DNA from: a virus
IMG/VR virus record: IMGVR_UViG_3300026292_000623
Coordinates: 8,214-72,213 of that record
Reading direction: 5' to 3' (one strand)
DNA: 64,000 nucleotides
Each line of letters begins with the position of its first letter. Positions within the stretch are counted from its first letter, which is position 1. The position numbers were made by a program, and so were the translations under genes. The notes under the pieces are model-generated. The model saw nothing but the letters and a program-made list of their open reading frames with translations, searched no databases and was not told the DNA's origin. Below are positions 1-9,847 of the stretch, piece after piece.

Positions 1-323
1 GGTTGATCTACTTTCCAATCGTTAGCTGATGCATCAGCTACTACATCGTCAATTACATCTTTCCATTGTTCGTTTTCCCATTGTCTTGAACTCATAATAC
101 CATTACGTTCCAAGTGTTGACATTCTCCACATTCAGGTAACCATTCACCTGCTGTCATTTTACGTCTTACTTCTTTTACATAGTCATGATTCCAAGTACC
201 TTCAATGCCTAGTTCTTCTTGATTAACTAACTTCTTAGGTTCTTTAGCCATACAACATAGCCTATAACGTCCACCGTTATATGTACTATATTGAACAAAT
301 GGTAACGAACAAAATCCGCTCAT
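1..323 (-). CDS. Radical SAM/SPASM-twitch protein, N-terminal part (runs off window start)
   Basis: Not in ORF track; ATG at 323 gives MSGFCSLPFVQYSTYNGGRYRLCCMAKE...WNHDYVKEVRRKMTAGEWLPECGECQHLE, same C-x-LPW/F...CC...CxxC pattern as 2153..3613. Confidence 0.85.
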   Translation of the reverse strand, partial: MSGFCSLPFVQYSTYNGGRYRLCCMAKEPKKLVNQEELGIEGTWNHDYVKEVRRKMTAGEWLPECGECQHLERNGIMSSRQWENEQWKDVIDDVVADASANDWKVDQ

Positions 324-324
324 A

Positions 325-864
325 TTATATACACATCTCCAAAAAGGCACCAGCACCTTTTGATTGATTATTTTCCCATTCTATTGCCGCATTCTCATCA
401 GCAAAATCTGTTACGTATTTGTAACATATAAATGGTTTATTAAAATGTCTACAAACCTTTGCTATACCGTAAGATTCCATATCAACTACATCACTTGTAA
501 GTTCTGGTGGTGCTTGTACAAAATTATCACCACTACTACAACTCCAAGCACTATTAGAAATTTTTAAATCTCCTTCAAATCCTGTTTCTTCAAATGGTGT
601 AACACCTAAATCTGCTTGTGGTCTTGCATCCATATCACGTTGTTTAACTGTTCCTATTTGAATTAATTGTTCTGCTAGTTCTTTATTTAATGCACCAGCA
701 GTTCCGTAATTAATAATTGCTTCGCAATCCTTTTGTATACAAGCCATAGTGGCAAACATTGTAGCATTTACTTTACCTACTCCATGATACCATACTTTAA
801 ATTGTTCTGGATCTAAGTCATGCTCCGGCAATTCATTCTTTAACGCAATTAGTATATATTTCAT
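325..864 (-). CDS. mtnN: MTA/SAH nucleosidase-like (PNP/UDP phosphorylase family)
   Basis: GVGKVNAT, INYGTAG, SGDNF, VDMESYGIA, KYVTDFAD motifs. Confidence 0.85.
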   Translation of the reverse strand: MKYILIALKNELPEHDLDPEQFKVWYHGVGKVNATMFATMACIQKDCEAIINYGTAGALNKELAEQLIQIGTVKQRDMDARPQADLGVTPFEETGFEGDLKISNSAWSCSSGDNFVQAPPELTSDVVDMESYGIAKVCRHFNKPFICYKYVTDFADENAAIEWENNQSKGAGAFLEMCI

Positions 865-2178
865 TTATCTTTCCTCTATATCTAAATATTTCAAATCTTC
901 ACCAAAATGTTTCCAGTTCTGACTTAAACCATGCTTCTTTAGCATTAACTCTTTTGTCAGATGCTGATTATCTAGATTTCCTTTTTCGTCTATATAAAAT
1001 CTTGCAACATCAAGCATTCTGCCCATAGGACTTTTTCTTGCTGGTGGGTTACTGTTTTCCCAATCGTCCCATCTTTTTTTAATTCTATTTTTTGTTTCCT
1101 GACTTAGATTTCTAAAATCTATATATGTATTTGATTCTTCATACTTTGAACTTAATATTGGATTTACATTAAACCAGTCTATTTGTTTATCACCTACTTT
1201 ATCATATAACCAATCTGCTATATCAGTTATTTGTCCTATGTTTAATGCAGTCATGACTGTATTACTACTAAACTCAATATTTATTTCATTTGCTAACTCT
1301 CTGTACCTATTAGTATTATCTTCTATCTGTTGCCATTTATATTTTCCTGGTCGTTGTAGTGTAACTTTTTCTCCTACTCCGTCAAGACTAAAAATAATAA
1401 TTATTTTTCCAATCTTTTTCCAAGATTCAATTACCCTTTTACTAGGAAAGTGACTAGCATTAGTATGATATTCTATTGCTAGATTTTTTGGATTCTCATT
1501 TTGTTGAATAACTTTTTCTAACAAGTCATCATGTTTGTGTTCCAGCATAGGTTCACCACCAACAAATTTTAGATAACGTAATTCAGATAAATCATCATTT
1601 ATATTATCATTAGATTCGTGAAAACCTTTTGGAATCTTTGTCTTAGGATTCTGTATACTAAAAATTGTACTACTGGCTTGAGGTCCGCACATAATACAAG
1701 CCATATTACAAAGACTGCTTATTCCTGTTTCTAAGTATCTTATTTTTGAAGGCCCTGGTGTAGTATCTCTGGTTTCTACTTTTACATCAATATTTAATCT
1801 AGGAAGACTTCCTCTAACTAATTGATCACCATTGGCTTCTGCTATAAGTAAATCATTTTCCATACCCCAACATTTTCCACATTGGTATGGTTTTTTACCT
1901 TCACTCATTTGTTTTCTTATACCAGTAAAATATTCACCTTCTCTGGCTTGTTTTAATCCGTCTCGAATATGAGGAGCATCATCATTTTTTGTTCTAGGGC
2001 CAAAAAATCTGCAACATGGCATAACTTCACCACTAGGTCCTACTGCGGCACCAGCCCAAAGATATGCACAATAACTTGCAGTAGGCAAGTCTGCTAATCT
2101 TTCTTTGATAGTCTTTGGGACTAACTTTCCATCTACTACAATATGTCGAGTTCTATTCTGTTCCATCTTTTGGCTCAT
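865..2178 (-). CDS. Radical SAM protein with N-terminal SPASM/twitch domain
   Basis: CNMACIMC (CxxxCxxC), GGEP, YHTN, SLDG; N-terminal C..W...PSGEVMPCC...CGKC. Confidence 0.9.
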   Translation of the reverse strand: MSQKMEQNRTRHIVVDGKLVPKTIKERLADLPTASYCAYLWAGAAVGPSGEVMPCCRFFGPRTKNDDAPHIRDGLKQAREGEYFTGIRKQMSEGKKPYQCGKCWGMENDLLIAEANGDQLVRGSLPRLNIDVKVETRDTTPGPSKIRYLETGISSLCNMACIMCGPQASSTIFSIQNPKTKIPKGFHESNDNINDDLSELRYLKFVGGEPMLEHKHDDLLEKVIQQNENPKNLAIEYHTNASHFPSKRVIESWKKIGKIIIIFSLDGVGEKVTLQRPGKYKWQQIEDNTNRYRELANEINIEFSSNTVMTALNIGQITDIADWLYDKVGDKQIDWFNVNPILSSKYEESNTYIDFRNLSQETKNRIKKRWDDWENSNPPARKSPMGRMLDVARFYIDEKGNLDNQHLTKELMLKKHGLSQNWKHFGEDLKYLDIEER

Positions 2179-3613
2179 CTAGTAAGTAAGCCATTTCAGG
2201 AAATGTTGCACGGAAATCCGTGCCACGAAGTTTATCTAGTTTTTTAATGTATTCTCTAAACTCAGGAAGCCTACGGGTCCAGTCTTCACTTTTAGCAAAC
2301 TTAATCATGCCACGTAAACGTTTAATTCCATAACTAGCTTCTAACCATTTTTCATAAGGTACTTTGCCTTTGTGCCAGCTTGGAACACCTAGTTCCCAAT
2401 TCTTCTTCCACCATTCAATAAACTCTTCATACTTGGCTTCAGTCTTATCTAAAAACTCTCTTGGTAATACTTTAACATTCAAATGTCCTGGCCAATATAC
2501 AAAGTGATAATTAATACCACCTGCACCAAATGGCCACATATTAGTTTTCTTTAGTCCGCTTTCCTGAAGTTTCCATTTAAGGAAATCTGGAATATAATGA
2601 ATGTTTAAAGCATTAACTGCACAGGCAATAGTTACTTCTACATTATTCGAAGTCATTGTATCCAAACGTTTGAACTGTTTTAAATTATGTTCCCACTCAC
2701 TTGGATATCTTATATAATCATTCATAGCACCGATACTATCAACACTATAATGCATACGAACTTTTTGAAAATGTTTCCATTGCTCAAGTAACCTATCTGG
2801 TAACTCAATACAGTTTGAATTGTAACGCACTTCAATTTGGTGTGCGTAACCCATTTCAATAACTTTATCTAAGATCTCATAATGCTCTTCAATAACAGTT
2901 GATTCTCCACCTGCAAAATATAATTGTCTAATATATGGAATCTGTTTCCAAAACTGATCCCAAAATTTTGGATTGTCTTTGTGCCAATTATAACTTGCTT
3001 CAAATTCTCTACCTTTTTTCTCCCATACCATAGTATCTTTGAGTGTTTTATTTTCAATTTGTGGGTGTAATGCTTTCCAGTCTTTAACCCAACCACTCGA
3101 GTCATGTGGGCTACACATAACACAGGCTAGTTGACATTTAGTTCCCATACGTATATCAATATAACGAAGTTTACTGTCAGTACTTCCATCTTCGTATGTT
3201 TCTCTTTTTAATTGTTCTATGTCAATCCCGTCTTTAATCCAGTAGTCCGTTTCCCATTGTCGCTTACTCCTATGTCCTGCGGCCTCTTCCTTGTAGCACT
3301 TTAAACAACTTGCCGGTTTGTCGCCTTCCATCATCATCTTACGTACACTTCTCATATAAGAATTATTCCAGCTACTATCTAAATCTGAATTATTTAAGTT
3401 GGCAGGTCTGCCATCTTCTAGTTTCAAAACTCCAACACGACCACCATGCTTTTTGTCGTTTGTAGCACCTACCGAACTTGCATTCGCGGTACAACATACT
3501 CTCATACTTCCATCTGGTCTCGTTGATAAATGAATCCATGGTAGGATACAAAAAGTATCCGAGGGTAACTTATTATCTGACATTATTTTTCCTTTGTGCA
3601 AGTTCGTCTGCAC
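2153..3613 (-). CDS. Radical SAM protein with N-terminal twitch domain (probable start 3583)
   Basis: CQLACVMC, AGGE, YNSN, SVDS, YIRYP; N-terminal CILPW...DGSMRVCC...CLKC. Confidence 0.92.
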   Translation of the reverse strand: MQTNLHKGKIMSDNKLPSDTFCILPWIHLSTRPDGSMRVCCTANASSVGATNDKKHGGRVGVLKLEDGRPANLNNSDLDSSWNNSYMRSVRKMMMEGDKPASCLKCYKEEAAGHRSKRQWETDYWIKDGIDIEQLKRETYEDGSTDSKLRYIDIRMGTKCQLACVMCSPHDSSGWVKDWKALHPQIENKTLKDTMVWEKKGREFEASYNWHKDNPKFWDQFWKQIPYIRQLYFAGGESTVIEEHYEILDKVIEMGYAHQIEVRYNSNCIELPDRLLEQWKHFQKVRMHYSVDSIGAMNDYIRYPSEWEHNLKQFKRLDTMTSNNVEVTIACAVNALNIHYIPDFLKWKLQESGLKKTNMWPFGAGGINYHFVYWPGHLNVKVLPREFLDKTEAKYEEFIEWWKKNWELGVPSWHKGKVPYEKWLEASYGIKRLRGMIKFAKSEDWTRRLPEFREYIKKLDKLRGTDFRATFPEMAYLLDEPKDGTE

Positions 3614-3622
3614 CGTACTTTG

Positions 3623-3629
3623 TATTTAT
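3623..3629 (-). promoter_or_regulatory. Late-type ATAAATA box upstream of radical SAM operon
   Basis: GATAAATAC on minus strand in intergenic gap; resembles T4 late consensus TATAAATA. Confidence 0.55.
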
Positions 3630-3642
3630 CATTGATTTGTGG

Positions 3643-4347
3643 TTAAATAATATATGTAGTTTCTACAGATCCTTTATTTACTAGTTCCCAAGTTTCGTCT
3701 GTAGCATTGCCTGTTAACTGCAAACAAGGGCGTTTACGCCAACTTCCGTTCCAAGTTAAATGAGGTAGTGTACTCCACTCCCACGTGAATATAGTACCTG
3801 CTTTCCATTGTGTATATACACGATTACCAAATTGAAATATCTGTCCTGGCTCCCAATCTTCCATAGGAATTAGGAACCTTATTTTGTTATCGTTTTGATA
3901 TTTAAAATCAGGATTATCAATAACTCGTTCAGCACGTGGATTACCTGGTAAGTTATCTATATGCCACATAAGCTGATCATTAGGATATTGATCATTAAAC
4001 TTACAGGTAAGTTTATCATCTTTGTTAAATTTTAAAAAATCTGTAATTTTTGTAAATGTAGGGAATTCGCCTGGAAACTTATCAAAGTTCACTTTACGGA
4101 ACATAGTGGCTTCTGGTTTGCCATCTGGGTTCTCTTTATCTTCTTCTACGTGATCTTGGCTTTTTTTGTTAGCGGCGTGTTCGTATCTTTGTTCGTTGTA
4201 GTTTTGATTCTGTACACCTTTAGATCTAGCTAACTCTATTTCATCTGTCCAGTCGCCTACAAAACGACCTATAATTTTTACATATTCGCCCTCTTTATCT
4301 TCTCTGAATTTATCAAAGTGCCAAGGGCTTTTAAAAGGTGATCCCAT
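3643..4347 (-). CDS. Cupin/2OG-Fe(II) oxygenase-like protein
   Basis: WHID (HxD), RFLI, DWEPGQ...WKAG...PHLTWNG...R pattern of the beta-hydroxylase-like fold. Confidence 0.6.
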   Translation of the reverse strand: MGSPFKSPWHFDKFREDKEGEYVKIIGRFVGDWTDEIELARSKGVQNQNYNEQRYEHAANKKSQDHVEEDKENPDGKPEATMFRKVNFDKFPGEFPTFTKITDFLKFNKDDKLTCKFNDQYPNDQLMWHIDNLPGNPRAERVIDNPDFKYQNDNKIRFLIPMEDWEPGQIFQFGNRVYTQWKAGTIFTWEWSTLPHLTWNGSWRKRPCLQLTGNATDETWELVNKGSVETTYII

Positions 4348-5019
4348 TTATCTCTCCGGAATTGTTGCTGATGCAATATAAACATCTGAATGCTTATGTT
4401 TATTTACCTCTGCATACTCCAAAGATTTATCTAGGTTAAATGAATTCCAATTTTTAAATAGTTCTGTATTCCACGGTTTAAAGTCTAATCCTTTACGTAT
4501 TGCAAAGTCTGTAATATTAGAACTTTCTCTCCATAGTAGTTCCCACATTCTATCGTAGTTTTTATATCCTGGTCTATAGTCTGGATAGTGTGTTTCATCA
4601 AAGCACATAACTTCACTCCACCAAGCGAAGCTTTTTTGTGGTTCTCTATAAACTAATATAATTTTATCACCTGGGAAATGATTCCATATGTAATCTAAAT
4701 TAAAGTGCCTAGCAAATACATGGCCTTTAATAATACGATATCCTTGTCCAGAAAATACCCCATTTATGTCATCTATTAATTTGTGTGGTTTGAAAAAATT
4801 AAAGTCTTCCCAATCTTCACCACAGCCCATACCCGGACCCCAATAACTACCACGATGTCCATTGTTGGAATCATTTGGATCTACTGGTCTATGATATTGA
4901 GTTCTTTCTGGAGTTTCGTCTGTACGATCACAAGATAAGATAGAGCGAAGTTGAATATCTAGTCCGCTCCATCTAGATCCTGGTATACCGCATAGCCATA
5001 CATTTATATTATTTGTCAA
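4348..5019 (-). CDS. Sulfotransferase-like / P-loop fold protein
   Basis: N-terminal GIPGSRWSG, IIKGH, IILVYREP; TTG start with AGGA RBS. Confidence 0.5.
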   Translation of the reverse strand: MTNNINVWLCGIPGSRWSGLDIQLRSILSCDRTDETPERTQYHRPVDPNDSNNGHRGSYWGPGMGCGEDWEDFNFFKPHKLIDDINGVFSGQGYRIIKGHVFARHFNLDYIWNHFPGDKIILVYREPQKSFAWWSEVMCFDETHYPDYRPGYKNYDRMWELLWRESSNITDFAIRKGLDFKPWNTELFKNWNSFNLDKSLEYAEVNKHKHSDVYIASATIPER

Positions 5020-5305
5020 AATGTTTTCCTAAAAATCCGGTAACGCCATTCATCACGTCTGATTTAATTGCGTCATAATCTAATTTAAGATTAATTTTTG
5101 ACATAGAGTCAACTGTCAAGGCTTTTAAGATATCATCTTTTGGAGATTCTTCTTTTATTTTTTTAAGATCTTCTTGAGTCAGTACAACCTTCTCACCGGT
5201 AGCTAGGTTTATTTGAACCTCTTTAATATACTCTGCTGGTATATGGTCCATAGATACCTGATCAAAGATCAGATCAAAAGATCTATCTTTTCGTTCAATC
5301 GGCAT
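5009..5305 (-). CDS. Hypothetical phage protein
   Basis: 98-aa ORF in operon, overlaps downstream gene. Confidence 0.7.
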   Translation of the reverse strand: MPIERKDRSFDLIFDQVSMDHIPAEYIKEVQINLATGEKVVLTQEDLKKIKEESPKDDILKALTVDSMSKINLKLDYDAIKSDVMNGVTGFLGKHFDK

Positions 5306-5327
5306 TTTTGCCCGCCTTCTTGTTTAA

Positions 5328-6017
5328 TTATTCAGCTGGCTCTTCAACTTTAGCCTCAGTCTTCTTTGGTCCTGGTTTTAAACCTGGTGCCAATTCATAG
5401 GCCTGAGATTTAAGATTTTTAGCTTCAACTTCAAATGATTTAGCTTGAGCTAATAAATTCTTAGCCATCTGTGTATCATCTAAAGCTTCGCCTTGTGTTG
5501 AAGGTGCTTCAGCAACTGGTGCAGGAGCGGCCTGATCAGCCTTAACTTCCTTACCTGCCATTGGTGTTTCATCCGATGGAGGTGCTACTACTGGTGCGTT
5601 TTTAGTTTCTTCGCGAACAATATTATTAATTTCAGTTAAGCCTACTGCAACTTCTGCATTAGGTGTCATTAAAACATTGTCTGTAGGTTGTTTCATAAGT
5701 CTGTTTGTCTTATGAAGTGTTTGAAGCATATTAGTACCATCTGCCATTACTGATCTCTCAGCATACTCGTAGAAGTTAGGACTTGCTTGAGCACCTGGTG
5801 CTTCTACTGCATTGATTACATCATCATGCATCCAATCTGGAAGTGCATCAGTATCTACAACCAAACAACTTTTTGGATCATCTGGTAGTTCTCTGAATAC
5901 AACTACAACTTTTTTCTGCGTGTTGGCCAATTTACCAACGTGTTTAGTATTTCTCATTCTATTACTCCTTTGCCGGAGTTTCTGCAGGTGCATCAGCTTT
6001 ATCTTTTGCTTTTGCAT
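5328..6017 (-). CDS. Hypothetical phage protein (probable start 5957, MRNTKHVG)
   Basis: Long ORF, GGAG RBS before ATG 5957, Ala/Pro-rich linker and coiled-coil tail. Confidence 0.75.
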   Translation of the reverse strand: MQKQKIKLMHLQKLRQRSNRMRNTKHVGKLANTQKKVVVVFRELPDDPKSCLVVDTDALPDWMHDDVINAVEAPGAQASPNFYEYAERSVMADGTNMLQTLHKTNRLMKQPTDNVLMTPNAEVAVGLTEINNIVREETKNAPVVAPPSDETPMAGKEVKADQAAPAPVAEAPSTQGEALDDTQMAKNLLAQAKSFEVEAKNLKSQAYELAPGLKPGPKKTEAKVEEPAE

Positions 6018-6204
6018 CTTCAGGTGTTTCCGGAGTATTTGCTTTAATAAAAGCTACTAGCTTTTCAAAACATTTTCCAACTTGACCTGCTTCAGCGGCT
6101 TTAAATGCACCACGTTGTGTAGCAAGATCAATGATATTAGCTGAAAGAACAATGTCTTGGATAGACAATGTTACAGATTCAGCATTTTTCTTTTCTTCTG
6201 CCAT
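5962..6204 (-). CDS. Hypothetical phage protein
   Basis: AGGAG RBS; ATAAATA box at 6241-6247 upstream. Confidence 0.75.
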   Translation of the reverse strand: MAEEKKNAESVTLSIQDIVLSANIIDLATQRGAFKAAEAGQVGKCFEKLVAFIKANTPETPEDAKAKDKADAPAETPAKE

Positions 6205-6243
6205 TTTAATCTCCTTTGATTAATAATTAACTACTATGTTTAT

Positions 6244-6576
6244 TTATGCCGGCTCGTGTGCGGTATCTGCTAATTTGCTAACATAAAGGTTCTTTTTGAA
6301 CTGTTCAATGTCTTCGGGTAGCTCAAACCATAGTTGGTATATATGTTTCACCTTATCTAAAGGTTTAATATGATACAACCCAGAAATATTATCAACTAAT
6401 GATTTCCAGGATATATCTTCATTGTTGGTAACAATTACTACTCTATTCCTAACCATCTTTTCTAGCAATGGAGTACCTTTAAGTAACTCTATATCTGAAG
6501 TACTTAAACTATTACCATTTGGTACTAATTTTATTTTACTTTCAGTCTTAGCTTGTTGCTTCTTTACTAATCCCAT
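6244..6576 (-). CDS. Hypothetical protein
   Basis: 110-aa ORF with AAGG RBS. Confidence 0.65.
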   Translation of the reverse strand: MGLVKKQQAKTESKIKLVPNGNSLSTSDIELLKGTPLLEKMVRNRVVIVTNNEDISWKSLVDNISGLYHIKPLDKVKHIYQLWFELPEDIEQFKKNLYVSKLADTAHEPA

Positions 6577-6591
6577 ATAGTACCTTTTTCT

Positions 6592-6798
6592 TTACTGTTT
6601 TTTTAACTGAACAGCCACAGGACCTTTTTTGCCATCTTCAACTTCAAACTCAAGACTATCACCTTCTTGTAGTGATTCAATTCCTGAATCTTTTACTGCT
6701 GAAATATGTACAAAGATATCCTTCTCTTCGCCGTCAACGGCAATAAAACCAAAACCTTTAGTTCCATTAAACCATTTTACTTTACCTTGTTTACTCAT
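6592..6798 (-). CDS. cspA: Cold-shock protein
   Basis: GKVKWFN, KGFGFI (RNP1), IFVHIS (RNP2). Confidence 0.97.
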   Translation of the reverse strand: MSKQGKVKWFNGTKGFGFIAVDGEEKDIFVHISAVKDSGIESLQEGDSLEFEVEDGKKGPVAVQLKKQ

Positions 6799-6810
6799 AT
6801 TTTCCTTTTC

Positions 6811-7986
6811 TTATGCCGCTTCGTAATGTACTGTTACACCAAATGGTGCTTTAATTCTTTTTTGCTTATCACTATGGATTACAAAAAGTGAATCACAGTA
6901 GTCTGGGTTTCCCCAACTCTCCCAAGGGTATCCGTCTGTGAACATGACTAACTGATCTGGATTGATGTCGTTCAATTCCATATAGTTATAAACTGCATCA
7001 AAGTCAGTTCCACCACCACCTTCAAGTCGGTAGTCGCTCATAGTTCGTCCATCATCACTATGGAATTCTTCAACACCATAAACCTTAGTGTCAAATTGCA
7101 TAATAGTAACATTATAGCTATTATACTGATCCATAATACCCTGTACTTCAGATAGGAAGTCACGAAGCATATCTTGACTTATACTTCCTGAAGTATCTAA
7201 TGCAATCGCTATATTCAATTGCTCGTCCTTATTCATACCAGGAAAAATAACTTCTCCTGACCTTTTACTTGGACGCATAAAAGTAAAATCGTTTTTAAGA
7301 GAACTTTCTAATTGTGTTCTAAGAATATCTCTCCAATCCATTTTAGGAGCAACTAATTCGTTAATCATTCTCTTAACAGAATCAGGCACGTCCATTCCAG
7401 CATTTTGTGCCGCTTGGATTGCCGCTTGTTTAATTTCGTCTGCTAGTGCTTTCTTTTCTTCTTCACTTAATTCAGCACCTAAACCTTTACCACCTTCGCC
7501 ATCTTCATCACCTGGTTTAATCTCTTCCAAGTGTACATCCATACCTTTAGCATCTTTTTTATTTGCTTTAAGATGGTCATAAATCTCATAACTGTTCCAA
7601 CCTTGATATTTCCAATCAAGACAAATTTTGCCACCACCTAGTTTATCTTCTGTAATTGGTTCACCTACATTTTGTTCAACTAGTGTCATATTAATATTAT
7701 AATCAGCCGCCGCATTATATAATTGCGGTTCTCTATCTCCTCTTGCCTGCATATGATCAAATACACAATGCAGTACTTCGTGACCCACTAAAAAGTCTAA
7801 CATAGGATCTGTTAAACTATTTACAAACTCACGATTAAAAAGAAACTTTCTACCATCTGTTGCCGCAGTAGGAAGATAATCAGCTTCTTCAATTTTTAAT
7901 CTAACAGCCAATTGCCCAAAAAACGGTTTAGTTAATAGCAATCTAACTCTAGATTGTGTAATTCTTTCTTCAGCAGTTTTAATCAT
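6811..7986 (-). CDS. DUF2201-type metallopeptidase + VWA domain protein
   Basis: TAATDG, HEVLH (HExxH), AADY; MIDAS DTSGS, GGGGTDF, FTDG. Confidence 0.92.
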   Translation of the reverse strand: MIKTAEERITQSRVRLLLTKPFFGQLAVRLKIEEADYLPTAATDGRKFLFNREFVNSLTDPMLDFLVGHEVLHCVFDHMQARGDREPQLYNAAADYNINMTLVEQNVGEPITEDKLGGGKICLDWKYQGWNSYEIYDHLKANKKDAKGMDVHLEEIKPGDEDGEGGKGLGAELSEEEKKALADEIKQAAIQAAQNAGMDVPDSVKRMINELVAPKMDWRDILRTQLESSLKNDFTFMRPSKRSGEVIFPGMNKDEQLNIAIALDTSGSISQDMLRDFLSEVQGIMDQYNSYNVTIMQFDTKVYGVEEFHSDDGRTMSDYRLEGGGGTDFDAVYNYMELNDINPDQLVMFTDGYPWESWGNPDYCDSLFVIHSDKQKRIKAPFGVTVHYEAA

Positions 7987-8016
7987 CTTTATGTCCCTTA
8001 TCTAACTTATAACTAT

Positions 8017-8045
8017 ATAATACTATCTTTACCAACATATGTCAA
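8017..8045 (-). promoter_or_regulatory. Sigma70-type early promoter
   Basis: TTGACA(8045-8040)-17 nt-TATTAT(8022-8017) upstream of VWA gene. Confidence 0.8.
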
Positions 8046-8383
8046 CCTTTATGTGACAATTTAAATACCATTGCATCTGGTTGGTTTTTAAAGAAAACTC
8101 TATCATTTTCGATATGAAAATCTTGGTGATAAAAGTGTTTTCTACAAAATTTAGTTATCCAAGTCTTATGTCCTTTACTATATAATGGAATAATTTCGCA
8201 GTTTTTCATCCATTCTTTCTTGTATTTACTAATATCACTAGCACTATAATCTTTAAATTCTAATCCGTATAATCTAATATTAGTTCTCTGCCTTGGGGTG
8301 AATTGGGAGAGATCTATTGTCTCTCCCTCTTTTAATTTAGGCGTCAAGTACGAGTCTACCATATCGGTTAAAGTACTCATCAA
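8042..8383 (-). CDS. Hypothetical phage protein
   Basis: C-terminal FFKNQPDAMVFKL, similar to ends of the 41355 and 41591 ORFs. Confidence 0.65.
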   Translation of the reverse strand: MMSTLTDMVDSYLTPKLKEGETIDLSQFTPRQRTNIRLYGLEFKDYSASDISKYKKEWMKNCEIIPLYSKGHKTWITKFCRKHFYHQDFHIENDRVFFKNQPDAMVFKLSHKG

Positions 8384-9497
8384 ACCTCTCTATTTTTTGT
8401 TGCTTAGGTACCAACTTGTATTGTTGCATTGCTATTCTAGAAGCCATAACAACCATTTCAGTTTCAAAGTTATCCATCATAAAGCTGATGAAGTTTGAGA
8501 AACTTTTATGGTACTTGTCCATAACTTTAGAACTAGCACCTGCTTTTTCACCAGCTATAAATCTATCTCTCAACTCATAACATAGTGATGTAGCAAGAGC
8601 ATACATAGCTGATACTTCAGTGTTCTCAACTTTTTTAATTTTAGCATCTAACACATCTTCAGGAACAGGAAGGTCTCCTGCTATTTTTCTATGAGCCATA
8701 AACTTGACAGCAACACCTTCTCCTACACAACCTGCAACCATATCTGTTTGTAGGCTTTCAGAAAGTTCATCACCATCTTCTAGTAATTCTGAAGTAAATG
8801 TCCAAGCCCTTGGTGTAGCAAATCCACGTGAACTTGATTGTGGATCAAAGTTATAAAGATCACCTTTAGCAAATGAAAGGTATCCAACTACATCTGGGTT
8901 AACATTATTATGAACTGCCCAATTTAACCAATCTTGGAAATCAACACGTAGTTCAAAGTGTACGAATCTATTCTCAAGTGGCTTAGGCATTCTATAAGTA
9001 ACACCTTTGTCAGTCTCTCTATTACCAGCGGCAATTAAAACTACATTGTCTGGCAACACATACTGACCAATTCGTCTATTAAGGATTAACTGATAACCTG
9101 CGGCTTGTACACTAGGAGCGGCAGAGTTCATCTCGTCTAAGAAAACGATAACAGTATCAAACTGTTTCGCAAATTCTTCTGAAGGTAAATCAGCTGGTGG
9201 TAACCAAACCATTTTACCATTTTTTAAATCTGGAGCTGGATAACCTCTAAGGTCAGTTGGCTCAAATAAAGCAAGTCTCATATCAACAACGTGAGTCTTA
9301 CCTAATGCACCAGAATCTCCAATACCTTGGATTAATTCTGATTTACCAATTCCTGGAGGGCCCCATAAAAATACAGGTCTCTTCTTTTTAAAAGCCCTAG
9401 TAATCAAAGTAGTGGCTTCGCTAATTTTTACAGTTCTTGTATCTGATATCGCAGTTTGCATTTTTTGTCCTTCTTCTAAGTTTGCTTTCTTTGGCAT
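8337..9497 (-). CDS. MoxR-family AAA+ ATPase
   Basis: Walker A GPPGIGKS, DLRGYP, Walker B VFLDE, AAGN, NRF, TPRAW. Confidence 0.93.
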   Translation of the reverse strand: MPKKANLEEGQKMQTAISDTRTVKISEATTLITRAFKKKRPVFLWGPPGIGKSELIQGIGDSGALGKTHVVDMRLALFEPTDLRGYPAPDLKNGKMVWLPPADLPSEEFAKQFDTVIVFLDEMNSAAPSVQAAGYQLILNRRIGQYVLPDNVVLIAAGNRETDKGVTYRMPKPLENRFVHFELRVDFQDWLNWAVHNNVNPDVVGYLSFAKGDLYNFDPQSSSRGFATPRAWTFTSELLEDGDELSESLQTDMVAGCVGEGVAVKFMAHRKIAGDLPVPEDVLDAKIKKVENTEVSAMYALATSLCYELRDRFIAGEKAGASSKVMDKYHKSFSNFISFMMDNFETEMVVMASRIAMQQYKLVPKQQKIERFDEYFNRYGRLVLDA

Positions 9498-9505
9498 ATA
9501 ATATT

Positions 9506-9534
9506 ATAATAAGATATCTTACTTATTCTGTCAA
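9506..9534 (-). promoter_or_regulatory. Sigma70 early promoter with palindrome TAAGATATCTTA
   Basis: TTGACA-17-TATTAT; palindrome 9510-9521. Confidence 0.85.
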
Positions 9535-9538
9535 CCTT

Positions 9539-9706
9539 TTATTTTTGTGTTACTGTAGGTAGTGACCAAATCATCATTGCAATTCCAAAAATTGCAAATC
9601 CAAAAAATCCAGTCCAATTATCATTCATTGGGATTCCATTGTATCCACCGTCAATACAACCTACTGCTAAAATTAAACTAAAAAGTCCTAAAGTAAATCT
9701 AATCAT
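9539..9706 (-). CDS. Small membrane protein (55 aa, not in ORF track)
   Basis: MIRFTLGLFSLILAVGCIDGGYNG...WTGFFGFAIFGIAMMIWSLPTVTQK; GGAG RBS and own promoter. Confidence 0.75.
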   Translation of the reverse strand: MIRFTLGLFSLILAVGCIDGGYNGIPMNDNWTGFFGFAIFGIAMMIWSLPTVTQK

Positions 9707-9742
9707 ATTTTTTATATCTCCTTTGTTTCTAACTATACTATT

Positions 9743-9771
9743 ATAATACAGTAAGACGTCTTGATTGTCAA
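9743..9771 (-). promoter_or_regulatory. Sigma70 early promoter with palindrome AAGACGTCTT
   Basis: TTGACA-17-TATTAT; palindrome 9753-9762. Confidence 0.85.
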
Positions 9772-9796
9772 CCTTTTATGCAAAAAAAGATCATAA

Positions 9797-9823
9797 AAAA
9801 ACCCTTGATTTACAAGGGTTTTT
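9797..9823. terminator. Inverted repeat, possible bidirectional terminator
   Basis: AAAAACCCTTG-attta-CAAGGGTTTTT downstream of 9848..11239. Confidence 0.65.
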
Positions 9824-9847
9824 AAATTAATTTAAATTATTTTTGTA

